Below, piece after piece: positions 17,512 through 28,300 of a stretch of 32,000 nucleotides of DNA. Each line of letters begins with the position of its first letter. The stretch's first letter is position 1. The DNA comes from Nanobdellota archaeon (GTDB lineage: Archaea; Nanobdellota; Nanobdellia; Pacearchaeales; GW2011-AR1): positions 12,725 through 44,724 of the forward strand of contig JAHIHG010000039.1 of the NCBI GenBank assembly GCA_018898425.1, written 5' to 3'. The notes under the pieces were generated by a model, which saw only the letters and a list, made by a program, of their open reading frames with translations, did no database searches and was not told the origin of the DNA. Made by a program: the position numbers and the translations under genes.

Positions 17512-19800
17512 TCAAATCTTCCTCTTCTTAACTTCAGTATTCAACCATTTCTGCCATTCTGGAAAAACTCTTTTAGACAAAGGTAATCCAATTTCTTTAA
17601 TTATTTTTTCAGAAATTTTATGAAACTCATAATTTGCTAATGAATTAAAACCAGCCTCTAAAAGATTATTATCCCCAGTTAAATTAGACACATTAACAAG
17701 CTCTTTTTTTATCATTGCTCTTAAAAGAATATTATCATAAACCGCATCCCAGTTTCCTGCCCACCCCTTTACATTAGAAGCAATATCTTTTATTATCTCG
17801 CTATCTCCATTAATTAAATCATCACTTGGTTCTAATTCATCTTTTTCCACATTATATCTCATTAAATCCACAAAACCTTTTTCTTCAAGAGGATCTTTTT
17901 TCCAGTGCTTTCTTACCTCAGCTAATTGCAGCATTCTTCTCCATGAATGAAGCCCGTCAGGAGATTTTATTGGATTGCAAACAGTAATTATATCTGTTGC
18001 CTTAAAACTAGTAGCAGGCACTTCTAAATCATTTACAACCCTGTCAAAAACACCATAAGGTGAAGCTCCGTGAATTGTTCCTGCAACAACATTAGCCAGT
18101 GCTCCAACCCTCATTGCCTCATACAAAGCCTTGGCTTCAACACTTCTTACTTCCCCTAAAATTAAACAACTATCTCCTAATCTTAAACTTGTTCTTATTC
18201 CATCATCTGCTGAAACTTCTGAAGTAGTTTTTAACAAGGCAGAACGAACCTTCATCCTTAAAATATCATAATTAAGTTTTCTTAAGGCATTAACAGGAAG
18301 TTCCAAAGTATCCTCTATAACAATAATTCTAAATTTAGGAATAATTTCCAACATTAAGCTTCCAAGAAGAGATGTTTTACCAGAACTTCTTGTTCCAGAA
18401 ACAAGCAAGGTTCTTGAGCCACTTATTAAAAAACTCAATAAACCAGCAGCAAAAGGATTAATCATTTTATTTTTTATAAACAAAGGTAGGGTCCATGGCT
18501 CTTCTCTGTGTCTTCTAATAGCATAAGCCAACCCATCAGGAGAAAGAGGTCTTTGAATTATTGCAATTCTTGCTCTTATATTTCCTATTGATAATTGGGT
18601 ATCTAAAATAGGATTTGCTTCATCAAGAGGTCTTCCAGAAATCATTCTAAACTTTGCTGCCCAGGAATCTACATCTTCCTGGCTTGGAATAATATTTGTC
18701 AGACATTCATCATAATCCTGATGTCTTGCAAAAACCTGAGTCAATGGAATAGGGGCATTTAAAGCAATATCCTGAAGTTTTTTATCTTGAAGAAGAACTT
18801 CAATAAGTCCAAAACCAATTGTATTTCTCACAAGAATAGTCGCAAGTTTATTTAAATCAGAATAATTTATCTTAATTGCTTTTGTTTGAGCTAAATCCTG
18901 TATCAAATCCTTGGACACATTAAAAAAAACCTGCCTTGTTCTTTCAGTATCTATAAATTCTTCTGCTTTTGGTTGGTGTTCAATTAAAACATTTCTTGCC
19001 AGATTTAAAAGCATGCTATGATCCTCACTCAAAGAATTTTCTGGAGGATTTAAATGATAAATAAATTTTGATTCATTTTGCTTTTTCAAGATAGTCACCC
19101 AAGATTCATCAGAATCCATTCCTGAAATTTTATACTGGTCAATAATTTCTGCATCTTCTGGCAAATCCAAAACAAGCCTAGTAAAAGTAAAATTAGGAAT
19201 TACATCTGGTTTGAAAATACGATTATAAATCTCCCTGTCTCTTTTTTCATAATCTCTCATAAAAGATAAAGAAGTTTGAATCAGTTTTGTATTCTCAATT
19301 AACTTAAAAATCCTCTCTAAAAAATTTATATAGTTTTTTTGATCTGTTTTAAACTGAGTATCTATTTTTTCTAAAAAAATTTTTTCTTCAATAACAAGTT
19401 TTTTCATATCAGAATAAGCAGAAATAGGATCTCTTTTTAATAAAAAAAGAAAAGAAAAAATATCATTGTATCTTTTAGAAAAAAATTGCTCAACATTAGT
19501 AATTAATTTTTCCTGGGACAAAATCTTTTCCTGCCTGATTAAAAAAACATAAAGCTGAGCAATTTCCAAAAGCAAAAAGGTTTCATTAGAATCATAATTA
19601 TAATTTTTTTGCTGAACAAGAACAATTCTTGAAACATTTGGATTTTCAACTAAGGCATCAATTGTCCTTTCCATAATTTCGGGATAATCAGAAATACTTG
19701 GCACATAAGGAGCCCCAAGATAATTAATATAAAGAATATCTTCTTCCCCCTCTCTTTGCACCTCGTAAGAATACAAGGGTTTTTCTTTTTTAAATTGCAT
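17512..19800 (-). CDS. Type II/IV secretion-family ATPase (FlaI/GspE/VirB11-like) with long N-terminal extension
   Basis: Walker A in the segment LVSGTRSSGKTSLLGSLM, Asp box/Walker B RIIVIEDTLEL, and downstream LILGEVRSVEA and GTIHGASP motifs typical of this family. Confidence 0.85.
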   Translation of the reverse strand: MQFKKEKPLYSYEVQREGEEDILYINYLGAPYVPSISDYPEIMERTIDALVENPNVSRIVLVQQKNYNYDSNETFLLLEIAQLYVFLIRQEKILSQEKLITNVEQFFSKRYNDIFSFLFLLKRDPISAYSDMKKLVIEEKIFLEKIDTQFKTDQKNYINFLERIFKLIENTKLIQTSLSFMRDYEKRDREIYNRIFKPDVIPNFTFTRLVLDLPEDAEIIDQYKISGMDSDESWVTILKKQNESKFIYHLNPPENSLSEDHSMLLNLARNVLIEHQPKAEEFIDTERTRQVFFNVSKDLIQDLAQTKAIKINYSDLNKLATILVRNTIGFGLIEVLLQDKKLQDIALNAPIPLTQVFARHQDYDECLTNIIPSQEDVDSWAAKFRMISGRPLDEANPILDTQLSIGNIRARIAIIQRPLSPDGLAYAIRRHREEPWTLPLFIKNKMINPFAAGLLSFLISGSRTLLVSGTRSSGKTSLLGSLMLEIIPKFRIIVIEDTLELPVNALRKLNYDILRMKVRSALLKTTSEVSADDGIRTSLRLGDSCLILGEVRSVEAKALYEAMRVGALANVVAGTIHGASPYGVFDRVVNDLEVPATSFKATDIITVCNPIKSPDGLHSWRRMLQLAEVRKHWKKDPLEEKGFVDLMRYNVEKDELEPSDDLINGDSEIIKDIASNVKGWAGNWDAVYDNILLRAMIKKELVNVSNLTGDNNLLEAGFNSLANYEFHKISEKIIKEIGLPLSKRVFPEWQKWLNTEVKKRKI

Positions 19801-19965
19801 TACCTAACAAAACAAAATGTGTTTTTATATTTATCACAAAACAAGCACCACTTTTCAGTTTTAAATTAAAATCAAATATTTTATGAAACTTTTAAGTTTG
19901 CAAAACAGATAATTTGAAAATGTAAAAAAAATATTTGCTCTCTAAAATTATTTAAATAGAAAAAA

Positions 19966-20481
19966 TTATTCCTCAATATATTCTATTTGCTGTTTTAAGA
20001 TTGCTTCTTGGATATTTCCCGGCTTATCAATAACCCAATACTTCCAATATGGTTTATTCCACCAAGAATGAAATTTAAGGTTAACTCTTCCCTTAAAGAA
20101 TATCTCCATTAAATGATTGTCTAAAACAGTTCTTAAATATGATCTGCTTGGTTCTGGAAGATTCTCATTATAAGGCTCATCAGCTATTCCGCCAGGAATA
20201 TGCATTCTTCCATCTTCAAAAAATCTTTCATATGCTAGACTAAATCCTTTTTGATAATCTTTTAAAGGAAAATGAAAAACTTCATTAGAATCAATGAATA
20301 AATGCAATCCAGAAGAAACCTTCTTGAAATCAAGTGTTCTATTTTCAAGATTTTCATTAACCTTCACTGTGCCTCCCATTGAACCCACAAGCCTTATGTA
20401 AAGAAAATCTGTTTCATAGTTATCTAAACACACGCTAAGATTTTCAAAATCCAATTCTTTAGGCATCCAATATTGTTCCAT
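19966..20481 (-). CDS. Hypothetical protein
   Basis: 171-aa ORF with no recognised motif. Confidence 0.35.
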   Translation of the reverse strand: MEQYWMPKELDFENLSVCLDNYETDFLYIRLVGSMGGTVKVNENLENRTLDFKKVSSGLHLFIDSNEVFHFPLKDYQKGFSLAYERFFEDGRMHIPGGIADEPYNENLPEPSRSYLRTVLDNHLMEIFFKGRVNLKFHSWWNKPYWKYWVIDKPGNIQEAILKQQIEYIEE

Positions 20482-20671
20482 AAATTATGAATAATCTACA
20501 AACTATATAAATTTTTTTAAAAACTTTCCTCTCGTTTCACTACTTAATTAAATTATACTAAAAATTAGCCCTGTATAAAAAGCAAAATAATAAATAATAC
20601 ATTCAATCAAATTTATCTCAACACAACAAATCAATCACAACAAATTTAAACCCTTTTAACTTTAAATTTTT

Positions 20672-21007
20672 ATGGAAGAGGGAACAGATTATTCTAATCA
20701 AATATTGGAAAATACAAATATAAAACTAAGAGATTTGGAAGAAAAACAAAGAATATTAAAAGACAGGCTTCTTTTAATAGGACAAAATCTTATAGAAATA
20801 AAAGAAAAAAATAATGAAGAAATACTGGAAATAAAAAAAAATATGGAAATGCTGAAGAGAAATACAGAAAGATTATTATCTTTTTTAGAAACCGCCTCAA
20901 CTGAATTTTCAAAATTTGCAAAAAAAGAAGATTTAGAAATATTATCAAAACAAGCTAAAATGTTTCAGCCTTTGGACTTTGTAAGAAAATCTGAATTAAA
21001 TAAATAA
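20672..21007 (+). CDS. Hypothetical coiled-coil protein
   Basis: 111 aa with heptad-like K/E/L composition. Followed 1 nt later by the next coiled-coil gene. Confidence 0.4.
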   Translation: MEEGTDYSNQILENTNIKLRDLEEKQRILKDRLLLIGQNLIEIKEKNNEEILEIKKNMEMLKRNTERLLSFLETASTEFSKFAKKEDLEILSKQAKMFQPLDFVRKSELNK

Positions 21008-21008
21008 A

Positions 21009-21632
21009 ATGGCCCTAATAGAAGAAATAATGCAAATGAAAAATAATGGAATGCAAAACAGAGAAATTGCCATGTCACTCCAAGAAAAAGGAATTTCTCC
21101 TAGAGAAATAAACGATGCTCTTAGCCAGGCACAAATAAAAAGTGCTGTTTCAGACCAAAATGGAGAAGATGCATATAATATTGAAACTCCTATGCCTAAT
21201 TCTCAAGAAATATATTCCCCTCAAACAATGGAAATACCTGAAGAAACATATGCACCCCAACAAGAATATGCTCCCCAAGATTCCTATAATGAATATTCTG
21301 CTCAACCAGCAAATGACACAGAATTAATAGTAGATATTGCTGAACAAGTTTTTTCTGAAAAAATGAAAAAAATAGAAGAACAAGTCAATCAAGTAAACCA
21401 ATTTAAAACAATTGCCCAACTACAAATACAAAATAATTTAGAAAGAATAAAAAGAATTGAAGCAATAATAGATAAATTACAAATTTCAATACTTGAAAAA
21501 ATAAGCTCATATGGTACAAACATTGAAGGAATTAAAAAAGAGATGTCTATGATGCAGGATTCTTTTGGAAAAGTTATAAATCCTTTATTATCAAGCAAAC
21601 ATACTATTCATAAAAAAATTTCTAAAAAATAA
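21009..21632 (+). CDS. Hypothetical protein: small N-terminal helical domain, P/Q/Y-rich linker, C-terminal coiled coil
   Basis: 207 aa. Linker YAPQQEYAPQDSYNEYSAQP. Coiled-coil C-terminal half. Confidence 0.4.
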   Translation: MALIEEIMQMKNNGMQNREIAMSLQEKGISPREINDALSQAQIKSAVSDQNGEDAYNIETPMPNSQEIYSPQTMEIPEETYAPQQEYAPQDSYNEYSAQPANDTELIVDIAEQVFSEKMKKIEEQVNQVNQFKTIAQLQIQNNLERIKRIEAIIDKLQISILEKISSYGTNIEGIKKEMSMMQDSFGKVINPLLSSKHTIHKKISKK

Positions 21633-21684
21633 ATCTATTAAAATTTAATCCTTTCCTCTCAGAGCTCGTGCTTAATATGAAGAT

Positions 21685-22266
21685 TTACTCTGTTGAGGAT
21701 AAGGCTCCTCTAAGAGCTTGGGCAAAAGTAGATTTATTTCCCTCGGTTTTTTTTGTATTTGCACTTCCAACAATAATTCCGATTACAAGTAAGATTGTCA
21801 CAGCAACTGCAACAGTTCTCCAGTTGTCATACCACCAATAACCAGCACTCCAACCTAAACTGCCTGCAGTATTAATTAAAACTATTATAGCAATAATAAC
21901 CCCAATACCCATTAAAGTATACATTGTTGCATTACTATCTGGATCAGCAAACATTCCTGCAAAAATCAATAACAAAAGAAGCACAACCAACCCAACACCC
22001 ATTCTTGGAAAAATTTCAGAAAAAAAGATTGGAACAAAATCAAACTGCAAAGCCATTAAACCCACAACAAGTGCTATAATTCCATTAATAGATTTGTTTT
22101 CTTTAAAAAGTCTTATTTGATTTAAAATTCCAAACACAAGTGCAAATATCAATAAAAAAGGTAAAACATAACTAAAAAAACCAGCATTATTCATTTCATT
22201 AAGAAAATCTCCTATACCCCCTCCTTCAAAATAAGAATACGAAGCAAGCATTAAACTCTTTAACAT
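21685..22266 (-). CDS. Polytopic membrane protein, paralog of 22479..22979
   Basis: Shared N-terminal pattern PFLLIF..VF.(I/L)L....LF.E.K..N..I..V.GL with the neighbouring gene. Confidence 0.45.
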   Translation of the reverse strand: MLKSLMLASYSYFEGGGIGDFLNEMNNAGFFSYVLPFLLIFALVFGILNQIRLFKENKSINGIIALVVGLMALQFDFVPIFFSEIFPRMGVGLVVLLLLLIFAGMFADPDSNATMYTLMGIGVIIAIIVLINTAGSLGWSAGYWWYDNWRTVAVAVTILLVIGIIVGSANTKKTEGNKSTFAQALRGALSSTE

Positions 22267-22478
22267 ATAATAACTTAAGATATATTATTTAAATATGTTT
22301 CTAAAAAGTTGAGTGCATTTTATTTCCTACTATTTCTTAAAAACTAAATTCTGCAAGGTAAAAAATTTTATCTCTAACTAAACTTTAAAACTTGCTTATT
22401 TAATAACCCTTTATATTAATAATAACTCCCATCAAATTTCTAATTTAAAAATTAATTTATTTGATAATTAAATTCTAA

Positions 22479-22979
22479 TTAATCAGAATTTTTTAAAACA
22501 ACTGCCAAAGCAACTGCAATTACAACCACAAATAAAAGATTTGTCCACAAAGCACTACTCCAGGTTTGATTGAATAACAAATCTAAAATACCCCCATGAA
22601 TTCCTGTTGCCCACAAAAGAGCCATAATAACAGCAATAACAAGAACTATTCCTACTGTCCATTTAACACCTTTATTCTTTAAAAAATTTTCTTTTAAACT
22701 TTCTCCAGATACAAATCCCCATAACATCAAACCTACAAACATCACAATTAAAGCCACAGTTAAGAATAAAATGAGATTGCCAACAACTTCTGTAGGATAT
22801 AATACACTCACAAAAATCAATCCAATCACAAAAGAAATTAAAGCATTCAATTGTTTTTTGCCCTCTCCAAAAAGTTCTGTTTTTTCAAGAAGTGCAAATA
22901 CTATAAAAAAGATTAATAAAAACGGAAAGGCAAACCTAGTAAGAATAGGATGTTGTAAAATTGTTTCTTGTACAGCCAT
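22479..22979 (-). CDS. Polytopic membrane protein, paralog of 21685..22266
   Basis: FPFLLIFFIVFALLEKTELFGEGKKQLNALISFVIGLIFV versus LPFLLIFALVFGILNQIRLFKENKSINGIIALVVGLMAL. Confidence 0.45.
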   Translation of the reverse strand: MAVQETILQHPILTRFAFPFLLIFFIVFALLEKTELFGEGKKQLNALISFVIGLIFVSVLYPTEVVGNLILFLTVALIVMFVGLMLWGFVSGESLKENFLKNKGVKWTVGIVLVIAVIMALLWATGIHGGILDLLFNQTWSSALWTNLLFVVVIAVALAVVLKNSD

Positions 22980-23406
22980 ATTAAAATAAATAAAGATTAA
23001 CTAGTTTTTAAATATTTCCGAAGTTTCAGTCCTATACAAATAAAAAATATTTCTGCTCGACAGAGAATTGTAATTAATAAAAGAGGCAGAAGACAATTAA
23101 TAATTAAATTAATATTACTAATCTGAATGATTTCACAGGGGTTTTGCCTTAATTACAATTTCTAATTGATAAAGGTATTTTTAATTTAACTTTAAAGATA
23201 TTGGAATTAGAGCTTCTAAAATCATTTAATTACTGATATTGGTGATTTATATTAATAATTTATGCACCTTATTTTATGTATAACAAAAGAGCTGTCATTT
23301 AATTGAAAGTGTACTTAATGATTAAAGATAAATGAACGAGTTTTTAGTTTCCCATCATTTGTACTAATTATGTAAAAATCATTCCAAAAAATATGAACTA
23401 TTTATT

Positions 23407-24093
23407 TTAATTCTTGCAGCAAACAATAACATTCATATAAGGTGGCCAAGAAGATGTGCTGCTTGTTGCTCCTGTGCCTGATGCGCTTGTTGCTCCATGA
23501 CTATGAGCAGTTCCACTACCAGCGGAACCTGTGTTGACTGATAATGGCTTTGCACCAGTGCCTGAGTCTGGAATAAGCCAGTACGAATAGCCAGGGGTAC
23601 CGCTCCCAGCTAAAGTAGTATATGAATGTGTATGTGCCGCCAAATTCGCTGCAGTCAAAGCATAACTTCCACCTGTATGTGTATGACTCACGCCCGTATG
23701 AGTATGACTCTCACTTCCATCTATTCCTCCAGGAGTTGCTGCACCTCTTATTGTTCTGCTATCAAATCCAGAATCTCTTGTCCACCCAGCAGGACAACCT
23801 GTCTGAGTTCTTGAAAAAACACAAAAACCAGAAGAAATACCTTCAGCAGGCCAGCTTGTTCTTGGAACTCCGCCTAAATTAATTGAACCAGCTTCAAGGG
23901 TATCTGCTTTTAAACTAGGTATTGATTTACTCCAGTCCATTTCTCCAATACTATGCCCGAAAACAGAAGGTTCATTTGTATTAAAAGCATTAACAACAAA
24001 AGTTCCAATTCCAATTAATATAAAAATTCCCAATAAAATAAGAGTATAAATCAATCTGTTTGTTGAATCACTTCTTTTTTCCATTTTATACAC
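23407..24093 (-). CDS. Membrane-anchored extracellular protein resembling a phage tail-collar (MdpB-like) domain
   Basis: N-terminal TM LIYTLILLGIFILIGIGTFVV. Then CPAGWTRDSGFDSRTIRGA, repeated SHTHTG/VSHTHTG/AHTHS/AHSHG, a G/S/T-rich stretch, and C-terminal WPPYMNVIVCCKN, as in tail-collar proteins (PxGW...R.R...G...HTHT...PPY...). Confidence 0.45.
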   Translation of the reverse strand: MYKMEKRSDSTNRLIYTLILLGIFILIGIGTFVVNAFNTNEPSVFGHSIGEMDWSKSIPSLKADTLEAGSINLGGVPRTSWPAEGISSGFCVFSRTQTGCPAGWTRDSGFDSRTIRGAATPGGIDGSESHTHTGVSHTHTGGSYALTAANLAAHTHSYTTLAGSGTPGYSYWLIPDSGTGAKPLSVNTGSAGSGTAHSHGATSASGTGATSSTSSWPPYMNVIVCCKN

Positions 24094-24283
24094 TTGCTAA
24101 ATTTTTGGGGTTTTTATAATTTTGTATTTAAATAAATTCTCAAAAAATTATCTTCTCTATTAAAATTGCGCTCCCCCATGCTCATGATATAAAAAACTAT
24201 TAATAACAAAATTCCTTTCCAGAAATACACATATCCTCTTTTAAATAACTCCCTCAAACAAGATAAAAAACACTTTTAAAAAT

Positions 24284-24607
24284 CTAAATCAAATCCTCTG
24301 GAATTTCTTCAATCTCAGAATCCTGGCTTGGCAAAGCAGCCTTATTGATTATAAAAATATCACTAATAGCCCTCACAAACTGGTGAGGAATTATCACTCC
24401 TTTTGCTCCTCCAATTAAAGATAAAACACTCCCGCTAACCCTAATTCTCCAAGCCTCTACTTTATTCTCATATAAATTAGCCTCTTCAATTTCTCCAAAA
24501 TAATCTCCAGAGTCTGTATAAACTTTGGTTCCAATAACATCACTAATTTTCTTAATACGCATATTAAAAATTAAGATATATTCTTTAAATAGTTTTCCAT
24601 TATCCAT
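24284..24607 (-). CDS. PRC-barrel domain protein
   Basis: KISDVIGTKVYTDSGDYFGEIEEANLYENKVEAWRI is PRC-barrel-like. The likely true start is the internal MRIKKISD (ATG at 24562). Confidence 0.55.
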   Translation of the reverse strand: MDNGKLFKEYILIFNMRIKKISDVIGTKVYTDSGDYFGEIEEANLYENKVEAWRIRVSGSVLSLIGGAKGVIIPHQFVRAISDIFIINKAALPSQDSEIEEIPEDLI

Positions 24608-24670
24608 CAGGTATTTTGCAACAACACAAAATATGAGAACATTTATAAAAATTAATTAACAATTAAAGAT

Positions 24671-25297
24671 ATGATAGATAAAAAGGAATTTGCTTCAATA
24701 ATTGTGATTTCTATTATTCTTGCATTTACACTTAGCTTAGTTCAAACATGGAAAATCTTCCTCTATACTCTTCTGTCAATTTTTCTCATTATTTTAATCA
24801 ACATTCTTGCAAAAAAAATAACCAGTTATTATCTGGATTCTGAAATAAAAATAAAAATTTGGGAAATTAAAAGATTTGGATTCAAAGCACACTACCATCT
24901 TAAAAGAGCTTTTCCAGCAGGAGCTTTTTTCCCAGTTATTTTTACTGCTTTTTCATCTGGATATTTTAACTGGATGGCTTGTCTGATTTTTGATGTAAAA
25001 ACAAGAATTTACAAAGCAGCAAAAAGACACGGACTTTATTCTTTTTCAGAAATTCCTGAGTATCATATTGGATTAATTGCAGCTTCAGGAATCGGGATAA
25101 ATTTATTTTGTGCAATTATAGCTTATTTAATTGGTTTTCAGGAATTTGCAAAATTAAGTATATATTATGCATTTTTTAACATACTTCCATTATCAGATTT
25201 AGATGGAAATAAAATCTTTTTCGGAAGCCTTGTAATGTGGAGTTTCTTAGCATCATTAACTCTTATTGGAGTTATCTTTGCATTATTTGTTATATAA
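24671..25297 (+). CDS. Site-2-protease (M50)-like membrane protein lacking the HExxH motif
   Basis: C-terminal FNILPLSDLDGNKIF matches the M50 NxxPxxxLDG motif. Where HExxH is expected the sequence reads NILAKK. Confidence 0.4.
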   Translation: MIDKKEFASIIVISIILAFTLSLVQTWKIFLYTLLSIFLIILINILAKKITSYYLDSEIKIKIWEIKRFGFKAHYHLKRAFPAGAFFPVIFTAFSSGYFNWMACLIFDVKTRIYKAAKRHGLYSFSEIPEYHIGLIAASGIGINLFCAIIAYLIGFQEFAKLSIYYAFFNILPLSDLDGNKIFFGSLVMWSFLASLTLIGVIFALFVI

Positions 25298-25346
25298 TTA
25301 ATAAATTAACATAAAACTATTTATATCTCTTATAATTTCATGAAAT

Positions 25347-28300
25347 ATGCCAGAAAAATTTCTACAAAATATAATCCCAAGGGAATATCAAAACAAAATA
25401 TTCAAAACATGTTCAGAAAAAAATTGTTTGGTTGTATTGCCCACTGGATTAGGAAAAACCCTAATTGCATTAATGCTTACAATAAGAAGAATGAGGGAGT
25501 TTCCTGGAGAAAAAATATTATTTCTTGCCCCTACAAAACCACTTATTCAACAGCACTTAATTTCTTTTAAAAAATATCTTCCAGAATTATTTGGAGACAT
25601 GCAATTATTTACTGGTATGGTAAAAGCAGAACAAAGAAAAAAAATATGGCAGACAGCGGATATAATTTTTTCAACCCCCCAATGTGTAGACGGAAGCTCA
25701 ATAATATTTACAAAAGATGGTCCTATTAAAATAAAAGAATTTCTCAATAAATTTAAATTTAAAAAACAGATATATGGAAAGAAAAAAGCCTTTGTTGCAG
25801 ATATAAAAGAAAAAGTGTTGGGCTTTGATGGGGAAAAAATTAGATTTGTGCATGCGAAAAAAGCATGGAAATTGCCTGCAGAAAAATTAATCTCTTTTAA
25901 AACTGAATTGGGGAACCATTTAACATGCACTCCAGAACACCCCCTCCTTACAATTAATGGTAATGGGGACTTAAACTGGATAAACGCAGAAGATTTAAAA
26001 CAAGGGGATTATATAGCTTCGATAAATAAAATTTCAATAAATAAAAATGAAAATCATCTTTATCTTTTATTAAAGAATTCGAAATTAAAGATAGCAGATA
26101 AAAATCTAACATTACAATTATTGAAGAAGATAAAACAAAATAAGAAATTCTATAAAAATATAAGAAAATTTTCAAAATTTAGATATAACTTTATGCCTTT
26201 AAAACAATTCTTAAATCTATCCAAAAAATTAAATTTTGAACTTCCAAATGAGATAACTGTAACCGATTGGACTGGAAAAAGCACTCCAATAAAAATACCT
26301 AAATTCGTAAACAGAAAAATAAGTTATATCTTGGGGGCAATGTTAGGGGATGGCCACTTGGGAAATAGAAAAGGACATGGCGGTGAAGTAGTATTCTCAG
26401 ATTTAGGATCAGAAAAAAGAATGGAATATTTTAGGAAAGAAATCTCTAAAGTTTTTGGGATAAAAATGAAAAAAGATCAAAGAAAAGGATTAATTAGTTA
26501 TAACAATGCATTATCTGAAGTTCTTTCAAATTTGGGAGTTCCAAAAGGTAATAAAGCAAAAAAAATAAGAATCCCAAAATTTATTTTTTTCAGCTCCAAC
26601 AAATGTATAACTAGTTTTATTAAAGGAATTTTTGATACAGATGGAAGTGCGAGTAAACATTCTATAAGCATATTTAGTGCAAGTAAAAAATTTATAAATG
26701 ATATGAAGTGGCTTTTTCTAAAAATAGGTATAAAAGGCAATATTGAAGAAAGAAAAAATTTCGGGAATATAAGGGGGAGAAAAATTAAAGAAAGCGTCAT
26801 ATACACTTTTAGATTTTCAGGGAGAAAACAAATTGAAGAATTTTTAAAAACATGTGATCCTGAACAAAGCAAATGTGAAAAATTGATAAATATGCTTAAT
26901 AATACAAAAAAACCTTACACAAGATCTAAAAAAATCATCCCCGTACCAGAATTATTAAAAAAAATATACAAATTAAATAAAAATAAATTCCCTTATTATT
27001 TAACTTCATGTTTTTCTGTTGATAATCTAAAAAAAATAACTACTTTATGTAAATGTGAAAAAACAAATAAACTCAAAGAAATATTAAACCTTCCAATAAG
27101 ATGGACAAAAATTAAAAAAATAGAAACTAAAAAAGAAAAAACCTTAACTTATGATTTAACTGTTGAAAAAGAACATAATTTCATCACAAATTTCATAATA
27201 AGTCACAATACTATAGCTAATGATTTAAGAGCAGGAAGATATAATTTAAAAGATGTGAGCCTTTTAATTGAAGATGAAGCGCACAGATGCATTAAAAATT
27301 ATGATTACAATTATGTTGCTCAGCAATATAAAAAACAGGCAAACAACCAGAGAATTCTTGGTTTAACAGCATCTCCTGGAAATGACTTATCCAAAATAAA
27401 AGATATTTGTAAAAACCTCTCAATACAAGAAGTTGAACTAAGAACAAGAGATAGTGGAGATGTTAAAAAATACCTGCAAAAACTAGAATTTGAAAAAATA
27501 ATCCTGGATTTCCCTCCTGAACTTGAAGAAATAAGACATATATTGTTAAAATTATATAACCAATATGTGGATGAATTAAAATCCAGAAGAGTCTTATTCA
27601 AGCCGGCATCAAAAATAAACCTGATAAATCTTCAAAAAGAATTAATGGCTAGTTTGGCTAGAGGAAATAAAAATTATAATTATTTATTGGGTGTAAGTGC
27701 CTGTGCGCAGGCAGTAAAAATCCAGCATGCATTAGAACTTTTAGAAACCCAAACTCTTGAAAGTTTTAATAAATATTTAAAAAAATTATTTAGCCAGGCA
27801 GCAAAAAAACAAAGCAAAGGTGTTGTAAAACTAGTAGCAAGGCAGGAATTTAATTTTATTTATATGCAATCAAATGAGTTATTAGCAAAAAATTTTGAAC
27901 ATCCAAAACTGGAAAAAATAATTGAAATAATAAAAAAAGAACAAAGCAAAAATGAAAAATTGAGAATTATTGTATTTACTCAATTCAGAGACACTGCAAC
28001 TATAATTTCTAAGAAATTAAACAAACTCAAGGGCATAAAAGCAAAAGTTTTTATTGGACAAGCAAAAAAAGAAGGAATTGGCTTGAATCAAAAACAGCAA
28101 AAAAAAATAATACAGGAATTCTCTGATGGAGAAATAAATATTTTATGTGCAACATGCATCGCGGAAGAAGGTTTGGATATATGTGAAACAAGCCATGTTA
28201 TATTTTATGAAAGTATTCCGTCAGCTATCAGAGTCATCCAACGGCGTGGACGTACTGCAAGGATGAATAAAGGAAAATTAATAATGTTAATAACAAAAGG

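Noticed and set aside
21190-21310. P/Q/Y-rich repeat in 21009..21632 as a DNA tandem repeat
   Set aside because: It is only a loose amino-acid-level periodicity (YAPQQEYAPQDSYNEYSAQP), with no exact nucleotide tandem unit.
22980-23406. Long gene-free spacer as a hiding place for a tRNA, ncRNA or CRISPR array
   Set aside because: It is very AT-rich, with no cloverleaf-compatible GC stems and no spaced direct repeats. By eye, nowhere in the window shows a CRISPR-like repeat-spacer pattern or rRNA/tRNA-like sequence.
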